From Eledone cirrhosa (lineage: Eukaryota): a DNA stretch of 64,000 nt. The first letter of the stretch is position 1. Every line of letters begins with the position of its first letter. The notes below the pieces were generated by a model. That model saw nothing but the letters and a program-made list of their open reading frames with translations. It was not told where the DNA came from and did not search any database. This document shows, piece after piece, positions 1-13,462 of the stretch. Where the stretch lies: the NCBI GenBank assembly GCA_964016885.1, contig OZ024740.1:155868001-155932000 (forward strand), read 5' to 3'. The position numbers and the translations under genes were made by a program.

Positions 1-390
<390 letters not shown>

Positions 391-475
391 GAAAAATTGA
401 ACAGGGACAGAACAGAGAGGCAGTACGATAAATGTTTATTAAATTCACGCTCAGGAGAGTGGGGGGTAGGTGGGG

Positions 476-510
476 GACGACGTTTCGGGCATAAGCCCTT
501 CTTCAGGTGA
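476..510 (-). ncRNA. Minimal type I hammerhead ribozyme (weak stem I)
   Basis: Minus strand reads tcac-CTGAAGA-a-gggc-ttat-gccc-GAAA-cg-TC-gt. Stem I is only ~2 bp. Confidence 0.65.
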
Positions 511-1871
511 GAGTTCAAAAGGTATGTAGGGAAGTGGTGGAGATACATATAGCGAAAGGAAACGGTGCGAATGAAAAATTAACAAATAAAGACAAAAATA
601 TAATAAATAATAAATAAAAATAAAGCATGATCAAAATACAAGGAATGAGAAAATTTAAAAATAAAGGCATGATCAAAATAAACTGAAATTAAAAGGGGGG
701 GTAAACAGGTGGTGGAAGGGTGTGGGTGAGTATAGGTGGTGGCGGGTGGAGTGGGCAGAGGGAGACTGGGTGTCCGAGCGGGGAGGGCTGAAGGTGGTGT
801 GTGTGGTTAGGTGTGCGTGTGTGTGTGTGTGTGTGTATGTGAAAGTGAGGGTTGGGGGAAGAACGGGGTTGCATGTTCAGGAAGGTGTGTGTGGGGGGTG
901 TTTTGTGGGTCGGAGGGTCTGTGCGTGTGTGGATAGGGGGGTGGGGTGGGGAGAGAGGAATCAGGGGGCTGAGGGTGTAAATATGTGGTGGGAAGCACGT
1001 GTGTGTGGTTTAAGCGTGTTGTGGGTGTGGGTGGCGTGTGGATAAAAAAAATTGTTTTGGGGTGTGTGTGTGGGTGAGTTATATAGGTGATGGTGTAAGA
1101 GGATGGTTGAAAAGTGGTAAGTTACACGGATGTATGGAGATTTCGGTTAGAAGTCAAAACGCGTGTGGGTAATCCAAGAAGCGGTGGTCGGAAGAGGAGA
1201 GATGTGGGGTGCGCGCGCAACAGGAAGTGGTCAGCAGTGGAAGTGCTGTGGTTAGTTGGTGCCGAGACAGTGGTCGGAAGGGCATAGCAGCAGTCGGCGG
1301 AATGGTAGGGAGGCGAGGATGGGTAGGTGTGAGAGTTGGAGTGAGGAGGGTGTGTGTGTGTGTGTGTGTGTGTGTATTAGTAGGGGTGTTAGTGGGATGA
1401 GTGAGTGTGGAGCGGGGAGAGAAGGGTGTGTGTGGTTCTATGGAGGGAGTGTGGTGTACTGGTGTGTGTGTAGTTTGGTGCAGAGGTGTTAGTGGGTGTT
1501 AGTATACGGGAGGTGGGGAGGGGTGGAATGCAGGTGTGAGTGGGGGTTAGTGGGGGTAGGGTGTGTAGAGTTGGTGGTGTACGAGGGTGTGTGGGTACGT
1601 GTGCGTGGGGTTGGAGGGTGTTAGTGATGTTAGTTGCGTGTGGGGTGGGTGGTGTAAGTGGGTGCGTGTGTGCGTGTGATAAGGAGGGGGGAGGAGGAGA
1701 AGAGAGGAGGGAAGGGATGTTAGTATGTTAGTTGGGGAAGGGTGGTCAGATGAGGGGTGGAGTGGAGGTGTTAGTATGGTTAGTGTGGGGTGGGCGGTGA
1801 AAAGGAGGGGTGTGTTAGTGGTGTTAGTGGGGGATGAGTGTGGGGGGGGGGGGGGGGGGGGCGGTCGAACG

Positions 1872-2099
1872 CTAAAGGAATGAGGGTGGGGAGTTCAGGC
1901 CGGGGGGAGTGTGGGTCTGTAAGATGAAGATGGTACGTTGTTCGACCGTAAGGCGATGGGCGGGTGTTCCGTGGCACTGGAGTAGGCCACAGACTGTGAG
2001 ATGGCGTGCGGAGTGTCCAGGGCCACCAAAGTGGCGGGCGATGGGGGAACTGCCCCCGAGACGAATGTCCCGGAGGTGCTCCGTGACTCGGTCCGCCAA
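1872..2099 (-). pseudogene. C-terminal part of a Penelope GIY-YIG endonuclease
   Basis: [40 protein letters not shown] matches the PLE endonuclease C-terminal pattern (R..EH, HF..H, E..I..L.T..P.GLN). Confidence 0.8.
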
Positions 2100-2120
2100 T
2101 ATATACATATGTATACACAT

Positions 2121-2139
2121 ATAAAAATAATTAAAAGGC

Positions 2140-2222
<83 letters not shown>

Positions 2223-2530
2223 GTATACACATATATATATATATCAATACACAAATCCATCAATACGAACACAAACTAACGCTTATTAAGAGTTTAAATA
2301 TAAATATTTATACATATATTATTTACAGTATAAAATGATAAAGAAATGAATAAAAATAAACATATAATATATAATATACTATATAATTATATAATTTATA
2401 ATCTCCGGTCAATTTGCACAAACAATATAAATATTACAATAACACTATAATAACAATATTATAATATAATGGCATATAACTTAACAAAACATATAAAGTT
2501 ACACACAGGGTGAGAAAAAAAAAATATTTG
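2121..2530 (-). repeat. Continuation of the repeat at 1-290, homologous to ~27220-27590
   Basis: Shared blocks cttattaagagtttaaatataaat, taatctccggt and ataatggcat are inverted relative to the 27 kb copy. Confidence 0.6.
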
Positions 2531-2718
2531 TATATATATATATATATATATATTTATTCAGGTTTGAGGTTTACCAATCGTAATGCAATAATATAGAGAG
2601 TACTCAACGTAAGGCAGTTCAACCGTCTGTTTTTGTAGTTGGTGGTGCTATTACGGAGTTAAATATTATAATGAAATGACAGGAGGCTAGATTTGTGTAA
2701 ATCCTTGAAAGGTTTATT

Positions 2719-2776
2719 ATACTATGATCATTTCAATGACCGGGTTCCGTATGAATCCGGTGATATCATCCGGTAT
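2719..2776 (-). ncRNA. Hammerhead copy with a mutated core (CGGATGA)
   Basis: Inverted copy of 4220-4277 with U4 changed to G. Confidence 0.6.
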
Positions 2777-4219
2777 TCGAAATATAATACGTGAATGTAA
2801 TAGATAAAATCCATGGGGCTGAAAATCGAGGGCCCGAGGGCGACCGCTATTCTGTTCCTTCAACCTCAGCCGGTCGCCCTCGAGTGACGTGGCTAAAGTT
2901 TATAGTATGCTACTACCGGTCAGATAAACGAAAACAGTAAATGAAAATACTCGGCGTAGCTTAATTCGCCATGGGGCCCGGGGCGCGCCCGGTGTTTTAA
3001 CCGCCACATAGTACCTTTAAATTACAGAACAAATCGGAACTATTAGATATATCAACCTGAAAATGTTAAACTGTTGAACTTTAAATTTTCTAACCTCTTT
3101 AATATTGAATATTGATTATTAATTTTTTAACTTCATCCTAGAAATCTAAACATTGTAACACACTGACTCCCAATATATTCACCTCTGCTAAGATGCGAGT
3201 CCTTGTGAAAATTATCTCGCACCAATCCTGGCCTGACTGGTCTGACATTAATATCGACCTTCCTCTCTATTTCTATCTTCCTTCTTATAGCCATCAACCA
3301 TTACTTTTCTACTCCTCTAAGCACAATTTTAAAGTTCCAACTTTCTGTCGGACTGTTGGGTGGGTTTTAATGGCGGCGCGACCAGCTCCCTGGCGCACGA
3401 GCTTACCTGGAGTGCTTGGAAAAATAAATTTCCCCTTCTTTCGGTAAATGAAAATACTCGGCGTAGCTTAATTCGCCATGGGGCCCGGGGTGCGCCCGGT
3501 GTTTTAACCGCCACATAGTACCTTTAAATTACAGAACAAATCGGAACTATTAGATATATCAACCTGAAAATGTTAAACTGTTGAACTTTAAATTTTCTAA
3601 CCTCTTTAATATTGAATATTGATTATTAATTTTTTAACTTCATCCTAGAAATCTAAACATTGTAACACACTGACTCCCAATATATTCACCTCTGCTAAGA
3701 TGCGGGTCCCTGTGAAAATTTTCTCGCGCCACTCCTGGCCTGACTGTGGTCTGACATTAATATCGACCTTTCTTCCTCTTTCTTTCTATCTTCCTTCTTG
3801 TAGCCATCAACCCTTACTTTTCTACTTCTCTCTTCTCTTCCTTATCTTCTCCCCTCTTCCTGTCTTCCTCCCGCAGACTTATCTTCCTTCCCCCTCTTGC
3901 TTGCCTATATCTGACCGATAGTAGTTGCATTTCTTTTTTTAGCTGACAGTAACCCTGGCTTCTCTTCTTCTTTCTTCCCCCTCTTCTGTCTCCTTCCTTT
4001 CTTTCTTTCTTTTACCTTGTGTCATGAGATTGACGCTAACTTATGTCCCCATCCCTTTCTGTTTTCGTTTATCTGACCGGTAGTAGCATACTATAAACTT
4101 TAGCCACGTCACTCGAGGGCGACCGGCTGAGGTTGAAGGAACAGAATAGCGGTCGCCCTTGGGCCCTCGATTTTCAGCCCCATGGATTTTATCTATTACA
4201 TTCACGTATTATATTTGGA

Positions 4220-4277
4220 ATACCTGATGATATCACCGGATTCATACGGAACCCGGTCATTGAAATGATCATAGTAT
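4220..4277 (+). ncRNA. Minimal type I hammerhead ribozyme
   Basis: atac-CTGATGA-tatcaccgg..ccggtcatt-GAAA-tgatca(palindrome)-TA-gtat, followed by AATAAA. Confidence 0.8.
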
Positions 4278-4328
4278 AATAAACCTTTCAAGGATTTACA
4301 CAAATCCAGCCTCCTGTCATTTCATTAT

Positions 4329-5042
<714 letters not shown>

Positions 5043-5369
5043 ATATATATACATATATATTTATATAAATTGAAACAAAATGAAAACGAAATTTCATTTC
5101 TCACTCTTAGTATGGCACTTACTTAAATGTAAGTATGCATGTATACGTACATACATATATGTATACAGACGTACAGTAGCATGCACATATATATATATAT
5201 ATACACATATACATACATATGCATACAGGTACACATACATATATGCACGTATCAGTTTAGCGGCGCTAACGTCGCTTTGTTCGTTTGTAAACAAACTGAA
5301 CAGCCTGAATTTATGCCATACGGTGTTAAGGCAACCACGTCACCTTTTTGTTCAACACTGACACAGGAA

Positions 5370-5410
5370 CGATGTACTAGTTTCAAGCTTGTTAGCTATC
5401 ATCAGCACCG
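5370..5410 (-). ncRNA. Minimal type I hammerhead ribozyme
   Basis: cggtg-CTGATGA-t-agct-aaca-agct-t-GAAA-ctag-TA-catcg. Confidence 0.85.
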
Positions 5411-5835
5411 TTTACCCATCTGCCAGATAGTTGAACGTTCGAAAGTATATACTTTCCTTATGAAAATTAACGGCTGAGCAGCCTAATTTGCATATTGAGT
5501 GAGTTAAATCGGTCAGGCATACCGAAAACGATAAATTGAAACAAAATGAAAACGAAATTTCATTTCTCACTCTTAGTATGGCACTTACTTAAATGTAAGT
5601 ATGCATGTATACGTACATACATATATGTATACAGACGTACAGTAGCATGCACATATATATATATATATACACATATACATACATATGCATACAGGTACAC
5701 ATACATATATGCACGTATCAGTTTAGCGGCGCTAACGTCGCTTTGTTCGTTTGTAAACAAACTGAACAGCCTGAATTTATGCCATACGGTGTTAAGGCAA
5801 CCACGTCACCTTTTTGTTCAACACTGACACAGGAA

Positions 5836-5876
5836 CGATGTACTAGTTTCAAGCTTGTTAGCTATCATCAGCACCG
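5836..5876 (-). ncRNA. Minimal type I hammerhead ribozyme (second unit)
   Basis: Identical to 5370-5410, 466 bp downstream. A third copy at 6302-6334 is cut within the core by the inversion. Confidence 0.85.
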
Positions 5877-6549
5877 TTTACCCATCTGCCAGATAGTTGA
5901 ACGTTCGAAAGTATATACTTTCCTTATGAAAATTAACGGCTGAGCAGCCTAATTTGCATATTGAGTGAGTTAAATCGGTCAGGCATACCGAAAACGATAA
6001 ATTGAAACAAAATGAAAACGAAATTTCATTTCTCACTCTTAGTATGGCACTTACTTAAATGTAAGTATGCATGTATACGTACATACATATATGTATACAG
6101 ACGTACAGTAGCATGCACATATATATATATATATACACATATACATACATATGCATACAGGTACACATACATATATGCACGTATCAGTTTAGCGGCGCTA
6201 ACGTCGCTTTGTTCGTTTGTAAACAAACTGAACAGCCTGAATTTATGCCATACGGTGTTAAGGCAACCACGTCACCTTTTTGTTCAACACTGACACAGGA
6301 ACGATGTACTAGTTTCAAGCTTGTTAGCTATCATGACGTGGTTGCCTTAACACCGTATGGCATAAATTCAGGCTGTTCAGTTTGTTTACAAACGAACAAA
6401 GCGACGTTAGCGCCGCTAAACTGATACGTGCATATATGTATGTGTACCTGTATGCATATGTATGTATATGTGTATATATATATATATATGTGCATGCTAC
6501 TGTACGTCTGTATACATATATGTATGTACGTATACATGCATACTTACAT

Positions 6550-7314
<765 letters not shown>

Positions 7315-7316
<2 letters not shown>

Positions 7317-7490
7317 GTTATTCCGGGTTGAATCGGAGGTAACCACAGTAAGTAAGGTACTCAATACATAGCAGAGTATAAAAGTTTTAATATAGATAAG
7401 ATTCTACAGGACTAGAACTGTTTCATTCATTAGATATCATCAGGAATCCTGATGATTTCTAATGAATGAAACAGTTCTAGTCCTGTAGAA

Positions 7491-7493
<3 letters not shown>
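7315..7493. mobile_element. Tiny palindromic PLE end remnant with two divergent hammerheads
   Basis: 7399-7493 is a hairpin centred at ~7446. Minus strand: ggattc-CTGATGA-tatctaatgaat-GAAA-cag-ttctagtc-ctg-TA-gaatct. Plus-strand core at 7449-7455. Confidence 0.75.
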
Positions 7494-7555
<62 letters not shown>

Positions 7556-7831
7556 TATGTATATATATATATACATATATATGTATATATATATATACAT
7601 ATATACATATATATGTATATATATATACATATATATGTATATATATATACATATATATGTATATATATACATATATACATATATATGTATATATATACAT
7701 ACATATATACATATATATGTATATATATATATACATATATATGTATATATATACATATATATACATATATGTGTGTGTATATATATATATGTATATCTAT
7801 ATATATATATATATGTACATATATGTACATA

Positions 7832-7900
<69 letters not shown>

Positions 7901-8173
7901 TTATATATGTATATATATATATACATATATATGTATATATATATACATATATATGTATATATATATATACATATATATGTATATATATATATATACATAT
8001 ATATGTATATATATATACATATATATGTACATATATACATACATATATACATATATATGTATATATATACATACATATATACATATATATGTATATATAT
8101 ATATATACATATATATGTATATATATACATATATATACATATATATGTGTGTGTATATATATATATGTATATG

Positions 8174-8207
<34 letters not shown>

Positions 8208-8228
8208 TATTTATTAAAATAACATTAA

Positions 8229-8279
8229 AGTTTAAGCAAAGAATCACTGCTTTCACCCTTAACGGGATCTTCTGAAACT
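8229..8279 (-). ncRNA. Type I hammerhead with variant CAGAAGA core
   Basis: agttt-CAGAAGA-t-ccc-gttaa-ggg-t-GAAA-gca-gtgattctt-tgc-TT-aaact. Same family at 30191-30241 and 57971-58021. Confidence 0.65.
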
Positions 8280-8378
8280 AAAAAATTAAATCTGTATTTT
8301 CTATATATATATATATATATATATATGAAAGACGTAAAATAAGAAAATTATAAAAATTAACTTACTTACTAAAATTTC

Positions 8379-8461
8379 ACTCCAACTAATTAGTTTCTGA
8401 AAGGGAATAAACATGGTTTCCGAATGGAACACATGGAGAATGCCTTTCGTCATCAGGAAGT
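8379..8461 (-). ncRNA. Type I hammerhead with extended stem II
   Basis: Inverted copy of 9166-9248. Confidence 0.7.
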
Positions 8462-9165
8462 CAATTCTCAGCTAAGTTCCCAGGCGATGCGTGGACACAG
8501 GGAACTTATACAAAAATAATTCAGTGGATGGAAAAAAGCAAGCGAGGACTAAATTCCAAGACATTGAAAAAATCACTGCCTACTTGGTCGGTGGCAAATT
8601 CAAAAGAATCAATCAAGAGACATCGAGGTTAATCAGTGAGGAGTGGGGTGTTAAGAAGACAGTAGCCGAACTATTACTATGAACTATAGTATCAGTTTTG
8701 GCAAATTTTTGCTCAACAAAATAATTTGGAGATAATTTGGAGATTATAATTTTCTTATTTTACGTCTTTCATATAATTGTTCTGCATCCCCTTGCATTGA
8801 ACCACAAAGTTACTAAGACAAAACCTATATATTTGCTAGCATAGGTATGGATCTGTATATATATGTTGGTAGATATACTAATTCTTTATAATTATCTCCA
8901 AATTATTTTGTTGAGCAAAAATTTGCCAAAACTGCTACTATAGTTCAGAGTAATAGTTCGGCTACTGTCTTCTTAACAGCCCACTCCTCACTGATTAACC
9001 TCGATTTCACGTGATTGATTCTTTTGACTTTGCCACCGACCAAGTAGGTAGTGATTTTTTCAATGTCTTGGAATTTAGTCCTCGCTTGCTTTTTTCCATC
9101 CACTGAATTATTTTTGTATAAGTTCCCTGTGTCCACGCATCGCCTGGGAACTTAGCTGAGAATTG

Positions 9166-9248
9166 ACTTCCTGATGACGAAAGGCATTCTCCATGTTTTC
9201 CATTCGGAAACCATGTTTATTCCCTTTCAGAAACTAATTAGTTGGAGT
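9166..9248 (+). ncRNA. Type I hammerhead with extended stem II
   Basis: acttc-CTGATGA-c-gaaagg..catg..ttcc-attc-ggaa..catg..cctttc-a-GAAA-ctaattag(palindrome)-TT-ggagt. Confidence 0.75.
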
Positions 9249-9540
9249 GAAATTTTAGTAAGTAAGTTAATTTTTATAATTTTCTCGATGCCAGCCTTCC
9301 CTTGCCTCCACAGTTTCGTTGAGAAGTAATTATTGACGTCGAGTGCGGCGATCAGCAAGGTGGGCCTCCCTTACTTCTGAAGTTTCCGCCAAACGTGAGC
9401 GTTGTGTTTGAATGAGCTGAGAAGAAAGACGGGACTCCCTTGCCTCTGAAGTCTCCTCCAGAATTGTGCTTTAGTGCTGATGAAGCTGCTCATAAGGAGA
9501 GATTGCCTAAATGGGTAAAAAAACAAAACAACATGGATAT

Positions 9541-10640
9541 GATCTCTATATATATTAGACGTTTATTAGAAGAGGAGGAAATAACTAAATCCAGTATTAG
9601 AACAGGGGGTTCGCAATGTAAGGGTTTTATTTCTTTTGTTAGAAAACAGTGACCTTTTTCGGTTTGGCATTTCGTAAAATTCTACTGCAGAAGCGATTTC
9701 ATAAAACGGTACTGTATGATCGTTATAGAAGTATTTAAATTTAATATAGAGCAACTGTAATTGAAAAATGAAAATGAAACGTACTGTAGAAGGCAACAGT
9801 TTATTAACAGCGAAATAACGTTGTCTTTGATATGTTATTTTAAATAAGACAATGAATGTAAAAAAAAAACTGAATTAATTAACTCGGCAACCAAAGGGCT
9901 TATAGATCCCATTCATTAAGTTTACAATGAATATTTAAAAAAAACTGAATTAATTAACTCGGCAAACCAAAGGCTTATAGATCCCATTCATTAAGTTTAC
10001 AATGAATATTTAAAAAAAAACTGAATGAATTAACTAGGCAAACCAAAGGCTTATAGATCCCATTCATTAAGTTTACATGCATGTATTCTTTAAACTATTC
10101 ATTTGACTTTGAAAAATACTACTTACTGTTAGTGGTGGTTAACATGTATTAGAATAAAAATAAAAATTATATCGGAAAAAACGTACCTGAGAACACGCAT
10201 CCCTTCTTCACAATTTAAGGGTTTTATTTCTTTTGATGGAAAACAGTGACGGTTTTCGGTTTGGCATTTCGTAAAGTGGTACTGCAGAATCGATTTCATA
10301 AAACGGTACCGTATGTTAACAGCGAAAGAACGTTGTGTTTGATATGTTATGAAAAAATTGATGAGTTTAAAAATTTGTATGAAATTGTAAATAAGCGACT
10401 ACGGAAAATAACTCATCGAAGTATTAGAACAGGGGGAAATAACTCACCGAAAGCGATAGTAAATAGACCGTTTTGGGGCCCTAGGGACCACATTTTTCAA
10501 GTTAGAGATCTTTATTTGCTTCCTTGGCACTTTTTACATAGGTGTGTAAATTTTCATGTCCGTCCGATCACGTCTACTACCATTTAACCGTGCACAACTG
10601 AATTTCAACCACCACCCATTTCACAAATATATATTAGATA
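9541..10640. repeat. Interspersed repeat, possibly a non-autonomous Helitron-like element, with 3 x ~75 bp tandem units at ~9862-10078
   Basis: Blocks recur internally and at ~29560-29990. Ends with atatatattagat, whose reverse complement resembles a Helitron 5' end. Confidence 0.45.
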
Positions 10641-10653
10641 TGTATATATATAA

Positions 10654-11875
10654 TCTATATATATAAAACTGAGGTTGTCTGTCTGTCTATCGATTTTTGG
10701 CACACATCTCCTCTTAGAATCTCTCACGGAATTGCACCGAAATTGCTATACTTGTACATTGAGCCCTAGCGAAGACATCGGAAAAAAAAATTTCAAATTG
10801 ACCCGCCCTATCTGACGAAATCGAATATAATGTATCGATTTTTGAGCGTAAGTGATCAGTTATTTCCCTTTGTTCTGTTTATATTCAGCGTAGCGTCTTA
10901 CGTTCTCTTTACATTTTCTGCGTGCAAAAATTAAAAAAATGATTTCCCTTTGTTCTGTTTACATTCAGCGTAGCGTCTTACGTTCTGTTTACATTTTCTG
11001 CGTGCAAAAATTAAAAAAATTACGCTGGCTTTCTCTTAAAATGACATTAACACAATACACGAACAGTTGTCGAGCCAGCAAAATTTTGACCTGCAAAATT
11101 CATCAGTTCGAACACTAAGCTTCTGTTTTGCTTCATTTTCATTTAAAAGCCTTTTAAAACAATATTTTTACTTGAAAACAAGTCTATTTAAAGACTACGT
11201 AAAACAAGCAAATATTTCGTAAAAAAAAGCAAAAATTATATAAGTTTATTTAAAATATATGTATCTGTAAATTTCGTTAGGCGTGCAGACAGACAGTCGT
11301 GCAGACAGACAGTCGTGCAGAGAGGTGATATAGGCGTGCAGACAGACAGTCGTGCAGAGAGGTGATATAGGCGTGCAGACAGACAGTCGTGCAGAGAGGT
11401 GATATAGGCGTGCAGACAGACAGTCGTGCAGAGAGTTGATATAGGCGTGCAGACAGACAGTCGTGCAGAGAGGTGATATAGGCGTGCAGACAGACAGTCG
11501 TGCAGAGAGGTGATATAGGCGTGCAGACAGACAGTCGTGCAGAGAGGTGATATAGGCGTGCAGACAGACATAACTGATAATTTGGTTACGCTAATGTTTT
11601 TCTCTGCGTTGCAGTGTTTACATTTTCGATCTTTCTTAATAAATAACCAGTGCAGTTTTTATCCCCAGCATCCTCTTTTGTTATAACATTCGGGTTATCG
11701 TTATGTTTTCTTAACTTCATAAGGCATATTGTTGGTTGAGGGAATATTAATCAAAAACACCACATGCAAGTCTGCACAGTAGACATTACAGTTTTTAAGC
11801 CAAAAAAGAAACTTAACATTGTAACTTTAACACAGCTACTGAGCGACCCCGAGCAACGCCGGGCTTTACTGCTAG
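10654..11875 (+). mobile_element. Non-autonomous Helitron
   Basis: 5' TC(tatatatataaaa). 3' GC-rich hairpin cccgagcaacgccggg followed by CTAG. Inserted between A and T. Confidence 0.85.
11280..11570. repeat. 37-bp minisatellite inside the Helitron
   Basis: About 7-8 copies of ggcgtgcagacagacagtcgtgcagagaggtgatata. Confidence 0.95.
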
Positions 11876-11945
11876 TACATTATAAAGAGAGAAGAAACAT
11901 TAGATATAATTAATAAGATATACCATACCCAAATTCCTTCACCAC

Positions 11946-12038
11946 TCCTCGACTACGTAGTTTCGTGACATATTATGCAAAAACACTACATCACAGAGAT
12001 ATATAATTTTTGTGAGGTCTGCCGAATTATCAAGAGGA
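11946..12038 (-). ncRNA. Candidate hammerhead with U3-A8 core variant and long stem II
   Basis: tcctc-TTGATAA-(~60 nt)-GAAA-ctacgtag(palindrome)-TC-gagga. Stem I is perfect and stem II closure is imperfect. Confidence 0.5.
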
Positions 12039-12380
12039 TACCTCATTAAGAGTTTCAAAACACATCCGTAGGACGCGAGATAGAATCCCGAAAGGTGGAG
12101 GGGGAGTCAATCACGTGATACAGCGGTCAAGAAACAGAGCTAAGCCTCTTACAACTATGAAAAAAATACCACGGAGGCGGAGGGGGTACTTATATCAAAG
12201 CCGTAGAAGAGGTGGCTAGGATGGCGAGAAGTATGAGTAATGATAGCTTTCCAGCAGCCACTACACTTCTATGGTTACTCTACCAAAGGGAGTTATAAAC
12301 AATATACAGAAACACACAGATACATGCGGACACATACATATACATGAATATATCCACATATATCCTTGAATTAGTGGTGC

Positions 12381-12427
<47 letters not shown>

Positions 12428-12430
<3 letters not shown>

Positions 12431-12610
12431 GTTTCTACTTTTGGCACAAGGCCAGTAATTACCCAGTGCATTACTGGTACTTTATTTTATCGACCCCGTA
12501 AGGATGAAAGGCAAAGTTAACCTCGGCGAGATTTAAACTCAGAATGGCAAGGGCCGTAACTATGCGTCAAAGCATGGCGTCCGACTCTCTACCGATACTG
12601 CCAATCCCCC
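12428..12610 (-). mobile_element. tRNA-derived SINE (cephalopod-type)
   Basis: Minus strand has an A-box-like tggcagtatcggtag and a B-box-like gagtttaaatctc. Many copies occur in the window. Confidence 0.8.
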
Positions 12611-12748
12611 ATACATATATATATATATATGTATAAGTTGTAAAAGAATGAAACGAAATTTCATTTCTCACTCTTAGTACGGCACTTACTTAAATGTAAG
12701 TATGTATGTATACGTACATACATATATGTATACAGACGTACAGTAGCA

Positions 12749-12802
<54 letters not shown>

Positions 12803-12952
12803 CAGGTACACATATATATATGTACGTATCAGTTTAGCGGACGTTTATTATAACGCCCGCTTTGTCCGTTTGTAAACAAACTGACAGCCTGATTTATGCC
12901 GTACGGTGTTAAGGCAACCACGTCACCTTTTTGTTCAACACTGACACAGGAA

Positions 12953-12993
12953 CGATGTACTAGTTTCAAGCTTCTTAGCTATCATCAGCACCG
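12953..12993 (-). ncRNA. Minimal type I hammerhead ribozyme
   Basis: cggtg-CTGATGA-t-agct-aaga-agct-t-GAAA-ctag-TA-catcg. Confidence 0.85.
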
Positions 12994-13231
12994 TATACCC
13001 TTCTGCCAGATGGTTGAACGTTCGAAAGTATATACTTTCCTTATGAAAATTAACGGCTGAGCAGCCTAATTTGCATATCGAGTGAGTTCAGTCGGCCAGG
13101 CGTACCGAAAACGATAAGTTGTAAAAGAATGAAACGAAATTTCATTTCTCACTCTTAGTACGGCACTTACTTAAATGTAAGTATGTATGTATACGTACAT
13201 ACATATATGTATACAGACGTAGAGTAGCATG

Positions 13232-13265
<34 letters not shown>

Positions 13266-13421
13266 TACATACAGGTACACATATATATATGTACGTATCA
13301 GTTTAGCGGACGTTTATTATAACGCCCACTTTGTCCGTTTGTAAACAAACTGACAGCCTGATTTATGCCGTACGGTGTTAAGGCAACCACGTCACCTTTT
13401 TGTTCAACACTGACACAGGAA

Positions 13422-13462
13422 CGATGTACTAGTTTCAAGCTTCTTAGCTATCATCAGCACCG
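13422..13462 (-). ncRNA. Minimal type I hammerhead ribozyme
   Basis: Same as 12953-12993. Confidence 0.85.

Larger units (their letters stand above)
2553..4328. mobile_element. Non-coding fold-back PLE-derived element with ~270 bp inverted HHR arms and an internal 507-bp-period direct repeat
   Basis: Arms at 2667-2937 and 4059-4328 are near-perfect reverse complements. Direct repeat starts at 2937 and 3444. Both ends abut (TA)n. Confidence 0.75.
5065..6549 (-). mobile_element. Retrozyme-like tandem array: 2.7 x 466 bp HHR-containing units plus an inverted tail
   Basis: Unit starts at 5065, 5531 and 5997. Segment 6334-6549 is the reverse complement of ~6060-6274. No credible ORF. Flanked by (TA)n. 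Confidence 0.8.
8327..9285. mobile_element. ~530 bp HHR-containing non-coding unit (+, ~8745-9285) preceded by an inverted partial copy (8327-8740)
   Basis: 8342-8740 is the reverse complement of ~8890-9285. The plus unit begins and ends with tataattttct. Confidence 0.75.

Noticed and set aside
5080-6424. Repeated 93-117 aa ORFs in the 466-bp units
   Set aside because: They are built on the internal TA microsatellite, whose length differs in the diverged loci, and have no recognisable domain.
8491-9136. Twin 63-aa ORFs MDTGNLYK...
   Set aside because: Product of a recent inverted duplication, antisense to the HHR, GTG start, no motif.
11280-11570. 37-bp repeats resembling a CRISPR array
   Set aside because: Head-to-tail repeats with no spacers and no cas genes, in a eukaryotic Helitron context.
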